The notes: generated by a model from the letters alone, not told the origin. A stretch of 64,000 nt of DNA from Limnochordales bacterium (GCA_014896315.1 JADBKP010000010.1:68821-132820), one strand, 5' to 3'; shown: positions 1 through 11,440, counted from the first letter of the stretch. Numbers and translations: made by a program.

Positions 1-44
1 GCGCCGGGCAAAGGAACGGCACAGGTGGGGGCTGAATAAAACGT

Positions 45-72
45 TTGCACGGCCCCTTAAATGTGGTATAAT
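45..72 (+). promoter_or_regulatory. sigma-A-like promoter
   Basis: TTGCAC (45-50), 16-bp spacer, extended -10 TGG-TATAAT (64-72). Confidence 0.5.
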
Positions 73-86
73 TGGAAATACGATGT

Positions 87-116
87 GAATAATGTCTTCA
101 TCCTGTTTGAATACTA
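87..116 (+). promoter_or_regulatory. putative sigma-G (forespore) promoter of spoVT
   Basis: GAATA-N18-AATACTA matches the sigG consensus GHATR-N18-MAWAMTA; spoVT is a known sigG-regulon gene. Confidence 0.55.
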
Positions 117-173
117 AGCTTGCCAGGATTGTCGGCAGGACAAGCGGCGGGGAGAAGGGGGGCGTAGCAAAGG

Positions 174-728
174 ATGAAGGCCACAGGAATTGTACGACGC
201 ATCGACGATCTCGGCCGGGTGGTGATCCCGAAGGAGATCCGGCGGACTTTGAGGATACGTGAAGGAGACCCACTCGAAATCTTTGTTGATCGTGAGGGCG
301 AAGTGATCCTGAAGAAGTATTCGCCCATCGGCGAGCTCGGCGATTTTGCCCAGGAGTACGCCGACTCGCTGCACGAGACCACCGGCCATGTCGCCATCAT
401 TTGTGACCGGGACGTGGTAGTGGCGGTGGCCGGCGCTCAGAAGAAGCAGTGGGTGGATAAGCCGGTGCCCGAGGTCGTCGAAAAGTGCATGGAAGGTCGC
501 AAGTCGTTGATCCTTCCCGATCCCAGCGATCCCAAGGCAGCAATGACCGGGGAGGGCGGTGACGCCTGGGGATTTACCTCCATGGTCATCGCTCCCATCA
601 TTGCCGAGGGTGATCCGATTGGCGCAGTAATACTTGGCACTACTGAGGCCAACCGGCGTCTGGGTGAAACGGAGCTGAAGCTGGTAGAGACAGCAGCCGG
701 CTTCCTCGCCAAGCAAATGGAGCAGTAG
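174..728 (+). CDS. spoVT: stage V sporulation protein T (AbrB-type DNA-binding domain + GAF-like domain)
   Basis: MKATGIVRRIDDLGRVVIPKEIRRTLRIREGDPLEIFVD; C-terminal IIAEGDPIGAVIL. Confidence 0.97.
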   Translation: MKATGIVRRIDDLGRVVIPKEIRRTLRIREGDPLEIFVDREGEVILKKYSPIGELGDFAQEYADSLHETTGHVAIICDRDVVVAVAGAQKKQWVDKPVPEVVEKCMEGRKSLILPDPSDPKAAMTGEGGDAWGFTSMVIAPIIAEGDPIGAVILGTTEANRRLGETELKLVETAAGFLAKQMEQ

Positions 729-771
729 GCCAGTGGTAAGCCACTGAAGCGATAGACCAGTGCATCGCCAA

Positions 772-803
772 GCGGCCGGTTCATCAGGACCGGTCGTTTT
801 TTG
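772..803 (+). terminator. intrinsic terminator after spoVT
   Basis: CGGCCGGT...ACCGGTCG hairpin followed by a T run. Confidence 0.65.
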
Positions 804-872
804 TTGTCTCCTCTTGTTGCCTTCCCCTCGCACAGCCCTTTGAGTGCTTAATCCGTCCTTTATCCACGTACC

Positions 873-2714
873 ATGAAGCAGAACGGACTGCGCCGGGGGG
901 ACGCAAACTTGGAGGGTGGCCGCTTGGTCCGGGGCGCGCTGCTGCTGGCACTGGCCGGTGGCATCAGCCGCTTTCTGGGGATCTTCTACCTGATCCCCCT
1001 CCCCCGCCTTATCGGGGAGGAGGGTATGGGGCTCTGGCAGATGGCGGGGGCATGGCAGGGATTGCTGGTGGTGCTGGCCAGCGGTGGCCTCCCGCTTGCC
1101 ATGGCCCGGCTGGTGGCCGAGGCGCGGGCCACTGGCGAGGCTGAGCGGGAATGGCGGCTGTTGCGCCTGGGCCTTGGTCTGGCTACCCTCACGGGCCTGG
1201 CGGGCGCGCTCGCCTTGTTCTGGGTGAGTCCAATGCTCGCCTGGCGGCTCCAACGGGACCGGGCGCTGGTGATGGTCTTGCGGGCATTTGCCCCTTCAGT
1301 CCTGCTCCTGGCCCAAAGCTCCGTTTTGCGCGGCTACTTCCAGGGGTGCCAGGCGATGGGAGTGGCAGCTGCCTCCGAGGTGGCAGAACAGGTTTTCCGG
1401 GTCGGGAGCCTGCTGGCACTGGCTGCAGCTTTGGCCGCGCGCGGGCCGGGGGAGGGGGCTGCGGGTGCAGCCCTGGGGGCGAGCATCGGCGGAGGTGCGG
1501 CGGTGCTCCTCATGGCCGGAGCGCTATGGTGGCGACGGCGGCAGGTTACGCCCCTCAGCCGGCCTTACGGGGGCAGCGGCAGGCGTCGTCCCATGCCAAC
1601 ACTGCGGGACCTCGGGCACGACGTTCCCGCAGGGGTGGCGCTCTCCCTTGTTTACGCTCTCATCCAGACCGCCGTCGCAGCCGTAATACCCTACCGCCTG
1701 CGCCTGGCCGGAGTTCCGGTAGAGCAGGTACGGGAGCTGTACGGTCAGTTTGGCCTGGCCTTCCGGCTGGTCGGTGTCCCGGGGTTCATCTCCCTGGCTC
1801 TGGGAGCGACGTTGCTGCCCGCCGTCGCGCAGGCCCGGACCCTTGGCAGGCTTTCAATGGTTGCCCGCCGCAGCGAACAGGCCATCCGTCTTCTGCTGCT
1901 CATCGCCATTCCGGCGGCGACCGGGCTTGCAGTGCTGGCAGAGCCTCTGGCTCGGCTTATCTTCGCTATGCCGGGGGTAGCCCTCCCCTTGCGGGCGGCG
2001 GCCGCGGGCGTAGTCGGGATCATGCTCTTTCAAACGACTACCGGCATTCTGCAAGGTCTGGATCTCATCTTTCGCCCGGCACTCAACCTGGCAACGGCGG
2101 GGCTACTGCAGGTGGCGCTCAGCTGGTGGTGGGTGGGCGAGACGGCGGGCGGCGGCAGAGCCATGGTGGGAGCTGGGGCGGCCGCGGCGGTAGCCTGGCT
2201 GGTTGCGGCCATCCTCAACCTCTTGATGATCGTCCGGCGGACGGGTATCACTATATCGTTCAACGAGATGTTTGTCCGGCCCCTGCTGGCCAGCGGCGGC
2301 ATGGCGGTGGTGGTGGCCACAGTTCACCAATGGCTGCTCGGTCTGCCGGGGCGAGAGCGTTTGTGGGCACCTCTAGCGGCCCTGGTGGGCAGGCAGGTCG
2401 GGCAGGAGTTGATCTGGCCGGCAATTGCCTGTCTGGGTGCGATAGGGGCGGGAGTGGTAAGCTATGGTCTGCTGCTCGCCGCCCTCGGAGGACTGGGATG
2501 GCAGGAGCGGCGCTGGCTGCTGCGCCTGTGGCGGCGTGGGTTCCGGGCCGGTCGGGATCTGCCGTCGGGAAGAGCGGCCACGGCGACAAGGATGGGCACA
2601 AGCAGGAGTAGAGTATGGCAGAGTGTGGCAGTTTGGCAAGGAGGCGATGGTGATGGCAGGGGTAGGGGACGAGATGGCAAAGCTGGTGGCGACCATGGCC
2701 CGGCTCAGAGGTGA
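873..2714 (+). CDS. YabM/SpoVB-like polysaccharide biosynthesis (MurJ/MOP flippase) membrane protein
   Basis: Multi-TM protein, SRFLGIFYLIPLPRLIGEEGMGL, RGYFQG, EQVFRV motifs; conserved position between spoVT and mazG. Confidence 0.85.
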   Translation: MKQNGLRRGDANLEGGRLVRGALLLALAGGISRFLGIFYLIPLPRLIGEEGMGLWQMAGAWQGLLVVLASGGLPLAMARLVAEARATGEAEREWRLLRLGLGLATLTGLAGALALFWVSPMLAWRLQRDRALVMVLRAFAPSVLLLAQSSVLRGYFQGCQAMGVAAASEVAEQVFRVGSLLALAAALAARGPGEGAAGAALGASIGGGAAVLLMAGALWWRRRQVTPLSRPYGGSGRRRPMPTLRDLGHDVPAGVALSLVYALIQTAVAAVIPYRLRLAGVPVEQVRELYGQFGLAFRLVGVPGFISLALGATLLPAVAQARTLGRLSMVARRSEQAIRLLLLIAIPAATGLAVLAEPLARLIFAMPGVALPLRAAAAGVVGIMLFQTTTGILQGLDLIFRPALNLATAGLLQVALSWWWVGETAGGGRAMVGAGAAAAVAWLVAAILNLLMIVRRTGITISFNEMFVRPLLASGGMAVVVATVHQWLLGLPGRERLWAPLAALVGRQVGQELIWPAIACLGAIGAGVVSYGLLLAALGGLGWQERRWLLRLWRRGFRAGRDLPSGRAATATRMGTSRSRVWQSVAVWQGGDGDGRGRGRDGKAGGDHGPAQR

Positions 2715-3390
2715 AGGAGGATGTCCCTGGGACAAGGAGCAGACTCACGCAAGCCTGCGACCGTACGTGCTGGAGGAAGCCTACGAGGTGGCCGACGCCA
2801 TCGACCGGGGCGATGTAGAGGCGCTGCGCGAAGAGCTGGGTGACCTGCTGCTTCAGGTGGTCTTCCACGCCCAGCTGGCGACCGAGGAAGGCCGGTTTAA
2901 TCTGGCCGATATCGCCCGCGAACTCCGTCTGAAGCTGATACGCCGCCATCCCCACGTCTTTGGCGAGGTGGAGGCAGAGGACGCGGAGACCGTAGTTCGC
3001 AATTGGGAGCGGATCAAGCAAGAAGAGCGGGAAAAGGCCGGCCCCTTTGCCACGCTGCCGCGGGCGATGCCGGCGCTGATGCGGGCTGAAAAGGTGATGA
3101 AGCGGGCATTTGCCCTGGGGTTTACCGGGCCCGGACCGGAAGAAGCTGTGCAGAAGGTGGGCGAGGAGCTGGACAGAGTGCGGGAGTTGTTGAGGACTGC
3201 CGTGCGCGAGCAACAGCAGCAACAGCAGAAACAGCAGCAACAGCTGGAGGAGGTCATAGGCGACCTGCTCTGGGCCGCAACCACCCTGGCCCGGCAGGTC
3301 GGAGTCGACCCGGAGCGGGCGCTCGCCCGGGCGACCGACAGGTTTATCGACCGGTTGAGCAACCCGATGCTGGTCCGGGACGAGGCGTAG
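2647..3390 (+). CDS. mazG: MazG nucleoside triphosphate pyrophosphohydrolase (YabN C-terminal part)
   Basis: LRGEGGCPWDKEQTHASL, EEAYEV, EELGDLLLQVVFHA, KLIRRHPHVFG; AGGAGG RBS before ATG 2647; internal polyQ stretch. Confidence 0.93.
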   Translation: MVMAGVGDEMAKLVATMARLRGEGGCPWDKEQTHASLRPYVLEEAYEVADAIDRGDVEALREELGDLLLQVVFHAQLATEEGRFNLADIARELRLKLIRRHPHVFGEVEAEDAETVVRNWERIKQEEREKAGPFATLPRAMPALMRAEKVMKRAFALGFTGPGPEEAVQKVGEELDRVRELLRTAVREQQQQQQKQQQQLEEVIGDLLWAATTLARQVGVDPERALARATDRFIDRLSNPMLVRDEA

Positions 3391-3538
3391 GGCGGGCGAT
3401 GATCCTGCCGGCCTTCCCTCGACCAGCAACTCCATCAGGGGAGTGAGGCGAAGGGTACCACTCGGGGACTTCTGCAACCGGAGCGGCCTGATCCCCTCGC
3501 CTGCAGAAACGCTTGAGCTGGAAAAGGTTGTGGCAGAC

Positions 3539-3817
3539 TTACGAGCCGGTTACGTTCTGCTTGAGCTCTTTTCCGGCCTTGAACGCAGGTACGCGGCTGG
3601 CCGGGATGGTGATCGGAGTACGGGTGGCCGGATTCACCCCGGTGCGGGCCTTCCGTTCGCGCACTTCGAAAGTGCCGAAGCCGACCACGGTTACCTTTTC
3701 ACCCTTGCCCAGCGCTTCCGAGATGGTTTCAAAGACCGCATCCACCACATCGGCTGCTTGCTTCTTGGTAATGTTGGTCTTTTCCGCCACCCGGGCGATG
3801 AGATCGCTCTTGTTCAT
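3539..3817 (-). CDS. hup: DNA-binding protein HU
   Basis: [14 protein letters not shown]...[21 protein letters not shown]...[11 protein letters not shown]; GGAGG RBS. Confidence 0.97.
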   Translation of the reverse strand: MNKSDLIARVAEKTNITKKQAADVVDAVFETISEALGKGEKVTVVGFGTFEVRERKARTGVNPATRTPITIPASRVPAFKAGKELKQNVTGS

Positions 3818-4046
3818 CCAGGAATCCTCCTTCCCAAATGACAGGGAACGAACCAAGTATTCGTCTGCCGATGGCTACATCCTCCTGCTTCCCCCGGCAT
3901 TTCCTTAGTCTGTGCGCCTTTTTGCTACTTTAGCCAGCCCCTCAGGGTGAGAAGCGGGGTGAGTGGCGGCGGCATGTACCGGCGTGCCAGTTCATAAGGA
4001 TGAAAGGGAAAGACGGACAGGGCGGGAAGCTGGGAGGAGGATTTTC

Positions 4047-4361
4047 ATGAATGCGTTGCGGGATCCTCGTCTTGCTACGGCTGCCGGCGTACCGGTAGCG
4101 GTGCGCCACCAGATAGTGTTGCGCAACCGGGAGAGCCTGGCTCTCGAGGGCGTGACCAATGTGGAGAGTTTTGACGAAGAAGAAGTAGTCCTCGAGACGG
4201 TCGAAGGATTGCTGGTCATCCGCGGCGAGGGATTGCATATCAAGGAGTTTAACGTGGAGAAGGCGACGCTGTCCATGGACGGGCTGGTGCGGAGCCTGGA
4301 GTACGCGAGTCAGCAAGGGCAGGAGAAGGCGCGGGGCTTTTTGAGCCGGCTATTCCGCTAG
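4047..4361 (+). CDS. yabP: sporulation protein YabP
   Basis: HQIVLRNRESLALEGVTNVESFDEEEVVLET...GLLVIRGEGLHI; GGAGGAGG RBS. Confidence 0.93.
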   Translation: MNALRDPRLATAAGVPVAVRHQIVLRNRESLALEGVTNVESFDEEEVVLETVEGLLVIRGEGLHIKEFNVEKATLSMDGLVRSLEYASQQGQEKARGFLSRLFR

Positions 4362-4501
4362 ACTCCGGATCCCGATGCAGAAGAAGCCCAGCTGCGATAG
4401 GCGGCAGCCTGTCTTTCGGTCGTCGCCGTGGGCCGCAGGCTATCCGCACCGAGCCGGGCGATCTGCGCCGCAGGCTGAGTGCCGGAGGCAGGGGAGACGT
4501 T

Positions 4502-4996
4502 ATGAGTAGTAGCCGGGAGTTTATACTGCTTTTTCAACTCGCCCTTGCCGGCCTGATGATCGGCCTCCTCTTTGACCTGTACCGGTTGGGCCGCTGGCTT
4601 TTTCGTCCCGGCAGGATAGGAACTTATGTGGGAGATATCCTTTTCTGGTTGCTGCTCACTCCCGTACTCTTCGTCTTGTTGCTATTCACCAACGGCGGTG
4701 AACTGCGGCTCTACGTCTTTGCCGGCCTTGCCGGCGGGTGCCTCCTATACTTCCGCCTCTTTTCCCGCCGGTTCTTGCGGCTGGCGGCAGGCCTCCTGCG
4801 CCGGATACGCCGGGTCGCCGGGGGGCTGGAAAGGATGGTGTTGGGAGCCGGCCGGCTGCTTCTGGGCCGGCTGGCGCGCTGGGAGGTGAACGGGTGGCTG
4901 GGCGGGCTGCCGCCTGAGCCGGAGCCGGAAAGACCGACCGCTTCGCCCTCAGGGTCGACTTTTGTCGAAAGGAGTCGTCCCTCCGCCCCCGAATAA
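4502..4996 (+). CDS. yabQ: spore cortex biosynthesis protein YabQ
   Basis: GLLFDLYR...DILFWL...NGGELRLYVFAG; follows yabP. Confidence 0.9.
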   Translation: MSSSREFILLFQLALAGLMIGLLFDLYRLGRWLFRPGRIGTYVGDILFWLLLTPVLFVLLLFTNGGELRLYVFAGLAGGCLLYFRLFSRRFLRLAAGLLRRIRRVAGGLERMVLGAGRLLLGRLARWEVNGWLGGLPPEPEPERPTASPSGSTFVERSRPSAPE

Positions 4997-5004
4997 TCAC
5001 AAAC

Positions 5005-5586
5005 ATGGGGTTAATGGGTAAGAGGTGGGCAAAGACCAGAAGAGGCCCGCGCGGAGGGTTGCATCGCCGGCGACCGACAAAGGTGAGGAGCGCGCCCACT
5101 CGGGCCTCCAGGCGAGAAACCGGCAGTTTGCGGTATGGGCCGGCGGTAACGACCGCCGGGATGGCCGAGATGGCCGGGATGGCCGAGGTGGCCGCGATGT
5201 CTGGGGTGGCAGAGTCAGGAGGTTGGCCGAGAGGCGGGAGAGCCCGGGTTGAGGGCGAACGCCGCCTCCGCACGGGCAGAATACTCCTTCTTGCCGTTCT
5301 CGCGCTCTTCGCTCTCGCATATGGAATGCCTGCTTTCCGCCTCTGGCAGGTCAACAGGAGAATAGAGGAGGTCAGGCGGGAGCTGGAGTACTCCCGCCTG
5401 CAGCAGCAGGAGCTCCTCAAAGAGCTGGAACGCTGGAACGATCCGGAAGTGATCGCCAGGGTCGCTCGGGAGAAGCTGGGGCTGGTGAAACCCGGGGAGA
5501 TGCGGTTTGTGGAAGCTCTCCCCGTTGAACCGGATGATCCGTTCCGGGTGGAAAAGCGCCCGCAGACCGAAATGCCGCAGGATTGA
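5005..5586 (+). CDS. divIC: septum formation initiator DivIC/FtsB family (start uncertain)
   Basis: One TM segment, coiled coil, DPEVIARVAREKLGLVKPGE; follows yabQ. Confidence 0.85.
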   Translation: MGLMGKRWAKTRRGPRGGLHRRRPTKVRSAPTRASRRETGSLRYGPAVTTAGMAEMAGMAEVAAMSGVAESGGWPRGGRARVEGERRLRTGRILLLAVLALFALAYGMPAFRLWQVNRRIEEVRRELEYSRLQQQELLKELERWNDPEVIARVAREKLGLVKPGEMRFVEALPVEPDDPFRVEKRPQTEMPQD

Positions 5587-6874
5587 GATCCGGCACAGGT
5601 ATAGATGACAGACCGGCGGCAGGGAAAGCAAGCCGCTCCAGGAACTCTCGCAGGAGTGACTCGATAGCCTGCGGTTCAATCAGGAAAGCGTCATGTCCCC
5701 AGGGTGAATCGATCTCCCGGTACTCGGCAGGCAGACCGCGGGCTTGTAGCGCTTGTACCAGCCAGAAACATTCATAGGGCGGGAAGCAGATGTCACTGCT
5801 GATCCCGATGGTGAGGTGCGGCATGCGCAGGCGGGGGAGAACGGCGGCAAGCCCCCCGCGCCCCCGTCCCAGGTCGTGCAGATCCATCGCCCGCGAAAGG
5901 TACAGGTAGGTATTGGCATCGAAGCGTTGCACCAGCTTTTCTCCCTGGTAGTGAAGATAGTGCTCCACAGAGAAGAAGGGTTCCCAGGGCCGGGTGAAGA
6001 GCGCTTCCCAGGCCTGGGGGTTGTCGGTGTCGCAGTCGTCGGCGAGGTACTCGTGCTCGATGGCGGTGCTACCCGTACCCTCCCGGCGCTGGTTGCGTCC
6101 AACCTGTCGGCCGAACTTGCGCTGCATCGATTCCCAGCTCTGGTATGTGATCATGCCCACCATCCGGGCGAGGCTCAGGCCAAAGCGCGGGCCCTCGCCC
6201 GGAGCGTAGTTGCCGCCCTGCCAGGCGGGGTCGTTGAGTATAGCCTGGCGCTGGACGGCGTTGTAGGCGATGGCCTGGGCGCTGTAGCGGGCGGGTGCGG
6301 CGATGTTGATGACAGCGCCGACGAACTCGGGGTAGGTGGCCGCCCATTCCAGGGCCTGCATGCCGCCCATCGAACCGCCGACCACTGCATGCAGCCGGGG
6401 CACGCCAAGGCGTCGCAGCAGCAGGTACTGGGCCCGAACCATGTCGCGGATGGTGATGACCGGAAAACGCGTGCCGTACGGACGGCCTTCCGGGTCGGCA
6501 GGATGCGGGGAGGAGGGGCCGGTACTGCCCCGGCATCCCCCCAGCACGTTGCTACAGATGACAAAGTACCGATTGGTGTCGATGGCTTTCCCCGGGCCGA
6601 CGATCTCCTCCCACCAACCGGGAGCGGAGTTGGGGCGGTCGGGATGCGAGGCGACATGGGAGTCCCCGCTGAGAGCATGGCAGATCAGCACCGCATTGCT
6701 GCGGGTTGCATCCAGTTCACCCCAGGTCTCATAGGCTATATCCACCCTGTCGAGGTATGCCCCGCACTCCAGCCGGAAGGGGCCGGATGCAGATTCGCCG
6801 CCAGCAATCGTCAGCACTTCATACTCTCTGGAACGGTTCTCTTCCCAGCTGAGCTTACCAGGCGCGGTCTGCAT
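5417..6874 (-). CDS. metX: homoserine O-acetyltransferase
   Basis: LICHALSGDSH, GGSMGGMQ nucleophile motif, RFDANTY, GHDAFLIE; GGAGG RBS before 6874; long C-terminal tail overlaps divIC. Confidence 0.93.
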   Translation of the reverse strand: MQTAPGKLSWEENRSREYEVLTIAGGESASGPFRLECGAYLDRVDIAYETWGELDATRSNAVLICHALSGDSHVASHPDRPNSAPGWWEEIVGPGKAIDTNRYFVICSNVLGGCRGSTGPSSPHPADPEGRPYGTRFPVITIRDMVRAQYLLLRRLGVPRLHAVVGGSMGGMQALEWAATYPEFVGAVINIAAPARYSAQAIAYNAVQRQAILNDPAWQGGNYAPGEGPRFGLSLARMVGMITYQSWESMQRKFGRQVGRNQRREGTGSTAIEHEYLADDCDTDNPQAWEALFTRPWEPFFSVEHYLHYQGEKLVQRFDANTYLYLSRAMDLHDLGRGRGGLAAVLPRLRMPHLTIGISSDICFPPYECFWLVQALQARGLPAEYREIDSPWGHDAFLIEPQAIESLLREFLERLAFPAAGLSSIPVPDLNPAAFRSAGAFPPGTDHPVQRGELPQTASPRVSPAPASPERPWRSLPDRSSVPAL

Positions 6875-6954
6875 GTTCTCCACCTCCTCCGATCGGGCTT
6901 GGTGCCGCATGGGCGTCGCTTAAGCCGTGTTGCTGCGGCCGCAGGCTCTGCCTC

Positions 6955-7018
6955 GAGCTCAGGATCTGGCTCAAGCTCAAGCTCAAGCTCGGGCTCAAGC
7001 TCAAACTCAAGCTCGAGG
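6955..7018. repeat. imperfect hexamer tandem repeat (GCTCAA)n between metY and metX
   Basis: gctcaggatctggctcaagctcaagctcaagctcgggctcaagctcaaactcaagctcgag. Confidence 0.85.
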
Positions 7019-7029
7019 TAAGGCCCAGG

Positions 7030-8768
<1,739 letters not shown>

Positions 8769-8820
8769 ACATTAGCATACGGGCGGCAGGTGTCCTGCCG
8801 GGGGAGGAATAAGGTTTCGC

Positions 8821-9198
8821 ATGGTTTTGGAGGTCGGCAGCATTGTTGAGGGCAAGGTGACCGGAATCACCAATTTCGGTGCCTTTGTCCAACTAGAGGA
8901 CGGGAGGACCGGCCTCGTCCATATTTCCGAAATCGCGGACGCGTATGTCCGGGATATCAGGGACTATGTTAAGGAGAATGATATCGTTCGGGTCAAAGTG
9001 ATCAATGTTAAGGATGGCAAGATCGGGTTGTCGATCCGGCAGGCGAACGGCTCGCCTCCTGAGAGGCGGCGTCCGCCCAGCAAGCAATTTGAAGACCGTT
9101 TGGCCCGCTTTCTCCGGGAGAGTGACGAAAAGCTGGCCGACTTGCGGCGCAAGACGGAGAGCCGTCGTGGCGGTCGCGGCGGCTGGTCCCGGCCTTAG
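8821..9198 (+). CDS. S1 RNA-binding domain protein (YabR/YugI-like)
   Basis: VGSIVEGKVTGITNFGAFVQL...GLVHISEIA; FEDRLARFLRESDEK. Confidence 0.93.
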   Translation: MVLEVGSIVEGKVTGITNFGAFVQLEDGRTGLVHISEIADAYVRDIRDYVKENDIVRVKVINVKDGKIGLSIRQANGSPPERRRPPSKQFEDRLARFLRESDEKLADLRRKTESRRGGRGGWSRP

Positions 9199-9277
9199 GC
9201 ACTAGCTACTGCGCCCTTCTGCTTTTACTGAGCTTGGGTTTCGTGCTTTCGTCGAGTGTCGGAGACGGAATCGAGGT

Positions 9278-9332
9278 GCATCCTGTTCCAGCAGGGTTTG
9301 GGGTATCCTGCTGGCAGGATGCTTTTGTTTTT
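9278..9332 (+). terminator. intrinsic terminator
   Basis: GCATCCTG-tt-CCAGCAGG...CCTGCTGG-CAGGATGC followed by TTTTGTTTTT. Confidence 0.75.
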
Positions 9333-9455
9333 GGGCCGGGCGACTCCTGGAGGCGCCTGCGGGAGTTTGGGGGTTTAGGGGTTTGGGAGATTCGGGGAAG
9401 GCTGACGGAGTTGAGCGGCGTCTTGCCCGCAGGAGTTTAAACGGGGTGTAGTTGG

Positions 9456-10085
9456 GTGAACGGGCTGCCTGATTTTGAGCCACTCAGGGACGGGGATCTG
9501 GAGACAATAGCGACCCAGCTTGGGAGGTGCCCCCGCAACGTGATGGGGGTGGCATATCGCTGCCGCTTTGGGCGTCCGGCGGTGATAGTCAACTCTCCCC
9601 TTGTGTCAGGGGAAGGGTCAGCCGGCGGGGGTGACGGCGGTGAAGCCTGGACGCCGCTGCCCACGGTATTCTGGCTTACTTGCCCGTACCTTGTAGCTGC
9701 GGTTGGGGAGCTGGAGAGCAGGGGTTTTGTCCGGCTGCTCACCGAGGAGATTGCTGGCAGGCCGGAAGTGGCTGCCAGGATGGAGCAGGCTCATCGTGAG
9801 TATGCGGCGTTCCGGCAGGCGCTGATTCCGCAGTTACCCAAAGAAGCGCAAGACTTTCTGGCAGCCCGTCCGGCTATCCGAGAGGTGCTGATCCACTCAG
9901 GGGTTGGGGGAGCCCGGGACCACGCTTCGCTTAAGTGCCTGCACATGCATCTGGCACATTACCTGGCCGGTGGAGACAACCCTGTCGGACGGATGGTAGC
10001 AGGGTATCTCACCCAGGAGGGGGTTGACCTTGCAGGAGATCCGACTTGTCGCGCAGAAAAGAGCAGCACAGGCAGTACAGGATAG
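9456..10085 (+). CDS. DUF501 family protein
   Basis: QLGR, PLPTVFWLTCP, GVGG, KCLHMHLAHYLA. Confidence 0.85.
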   Translation: MNGLPDFEPLRDGDLETIATQLGRCPRNVMGVAYRCRFGRPAVIVNSPLVSGEGSAGGGDGGEAWTPLPTVFWLTCPYLVAAVGELESRGFVRLLTEEIAGRPEVAARMEQAHREYAAFRQALIPQLPKEAQDFLAARPAIREVLIHSGVGGARDHASLKCLHMHLAHYLAGGDNPVGRMVAGYLTQEGVDLAGDPTCRAEKSSTGSTG

Positions 10086-10245
10086 TGCGGGACTGGGGCA
10101 GCGATCGCCGGTTCGAGGTCGAGGGAGATTGCGAACTGGCGGTGAGTGGGTGCGGATCCTGTTGACCGACGAGGCGGGTGCTGGCTATAATAAGCTCAGG
10201 TTATTGTCGGTCTGTCGCAAGATGGATCGGCGACGAAAGTTGAGT

Positions 10246-10333
10246 GCCGGAGTGGCGAAACTGGTAAACGCTGCGGACTTAAAATCCGCCGCCCGTTAAG
10301 GGCTTGCGGGTTCGATTCCCGCCTCCGGCACCA
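10246..10333 (+). tRNA. tRNA-Leu(TAA)
   Basis: GCCGGAG...CTCCGGC-A-CCA acceptor, anticodon arm GCGGA-CT-TAA-AA-TCCGC, long variable arm, GGTTCGATTCC. Confidence 0.97.
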
Positions 10334-10350
10334 GTGAATTAAGCATTCAA

Positions 10351-10378
10351 CCCCGCCCGCTTCACGGGCGGTTTTTTG
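10351..10378 (+). terminator. intrinsic terminator after tRNA-Leu
   Basis: CCGCCCG-cttca-CGGGCGG followed by TTTTTT. Confidence 0.8.
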
Positions 10379-10539
10379 CTATGGGCAGTTGGTTGCGGCT
10401 GCGGTGGCTGCGCTTGCGGTGGAGACGGCTGCGGTGACTGCGGGTGCGGCTGCGGATGCGGCGTGGTTGAGGGGATGGCTTGGGCAGCGGCTTCCGGACT
10501 CTCCAGACCAATCGGACCGATAAGTAAGGAGGCACGGGT

Positions 10540-10971
10540 ATGGATGACAGGCCGAGGGATCCGGGCTTAGCAGCGGTCTTCTCCTTCTTTGTCACCGGCG
10601 CGGGGCAGATCTATGCGGGGAGAGTGTGGCTTGGGTTTGTGTGGTTCCTGGTTGAGGTCGGTATCGTTGCCGGCGGTCTCTACCTTTACTGGCAGCGGTT
10701 TGGCTGGAACCTGACCCGGGCCGCCAGCAGCTTCCTTGCCGTGTGGCTGGCAACCCTGCTCTTGTCGAAACTCCTGGCGGTGCAGCACGCCGAGTTAGCT
10801 TGCGCCCGGGGCAATACCAGGCGTGAAAGGGCCCGCCTGCGGGAGGCACTGCGCAGCAGCCGGATGTCCCGGGAGGCACGGCCGTGGGTGATGATACCTG
10901 AGACGGCCCCGGTAGCCGCTACGAGAGATACGAGAGAGAGGGAGAGCGAAGACAGACCTGACGGTGACTGA
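10540..10971 (+). CDS. small membrane protein with TM2/NINE-like N-terminal motif
   Basis: DPGLAAVFSFFVTGAGQIYAG followed by hydrophobic helices; AAGGAGG RBS. Confidence 0.6.
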   Translation: MDDRPRDPGLAAVFSFFVTGAGQIYAGRVWLGFVWFLVEVGIVAGGLYLYWQRFGWNLTRAASSFLAVWLATLLLSKLLAVQHAELACARGNTRRERARLREALRSSRMSREARPWVMIPETAPVAATRDTRERESEDRPDGD

Positions 10972-10990
10972 CGGGGTGACGGGGTCAGGG

Positions 10991-11019
10991 TTGACGAACG
11001 GGTCTTGCCACGCTACAAT
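10991..11019 (+). promoter_or_regulatory. sigma-A promoter of the tRNA pair
   Basis: TTGACG-N17-TACAAT, 17 nt before tRNA-Met. Confidence 0.8.
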
Positions 11020-11036
11020 ACCAAGTGCTGATTGGT

Positions 11037-11113
11037 GGCGGAGTAGCTCAGTTGGTTAGAGCATGCGGTTCATACCCGCAGTGTCGGGGGTTCGAATCCC
11101 TCCTCCGCTACCA
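11037..11113 (+). tRNA. tRNA-Met(CAT), elongator type
   Basis: GGCGGAG...CTCCGCT-A-CCA; anticodon loop TT-CAT-AC; TTCGAATCC T-loop. Confidence 0.95.
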
Positions 11114-11134
11114 AAAGAGTTTCCTGTTTTTTGT

Positions 11135-11210
<76 letters not shown>

Positions 11211-11394
11211 GGTTTTATGCGGGTTTCCGGCATCGGAGGCCCGCTTGTTTTATGACTTAGCTAATCTCGCGCTAATCCGCAGATTAAAGGCCAGTTAGAA
11301 GGCCTGTTGTTTCCCAACGGCGCGATTGAGCAACTGCGAGTAGAGGTCCATTATTCCCCTATCTTTCCAACGCATCTGGGAGGTGGGATCAGCC

Positions 11395-11440
11395 CGCATC
11401 GTGGTCAACGGAGAGACGTATCGTCTGCGTTCCGAGGCAC
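11395..11440 (+). pseudogene. possible remnant of an IstB-like ATPase C-terminus
   Basis: Short frame RIVVNGETYRLR resembles the I.I.GESYRL end of IS21 helper ATPases; no start codon or upstream domain. Confidence 0.3.

Noticed and set aside
5417-5640. About 70-aa MetX C-terminal extension overlapping divIC by 170 bp
   Set aside because: MetX homology ends soon after GHDAFL; the tail is low-complexity antisense to divIC and is most simply a lost stop codon.
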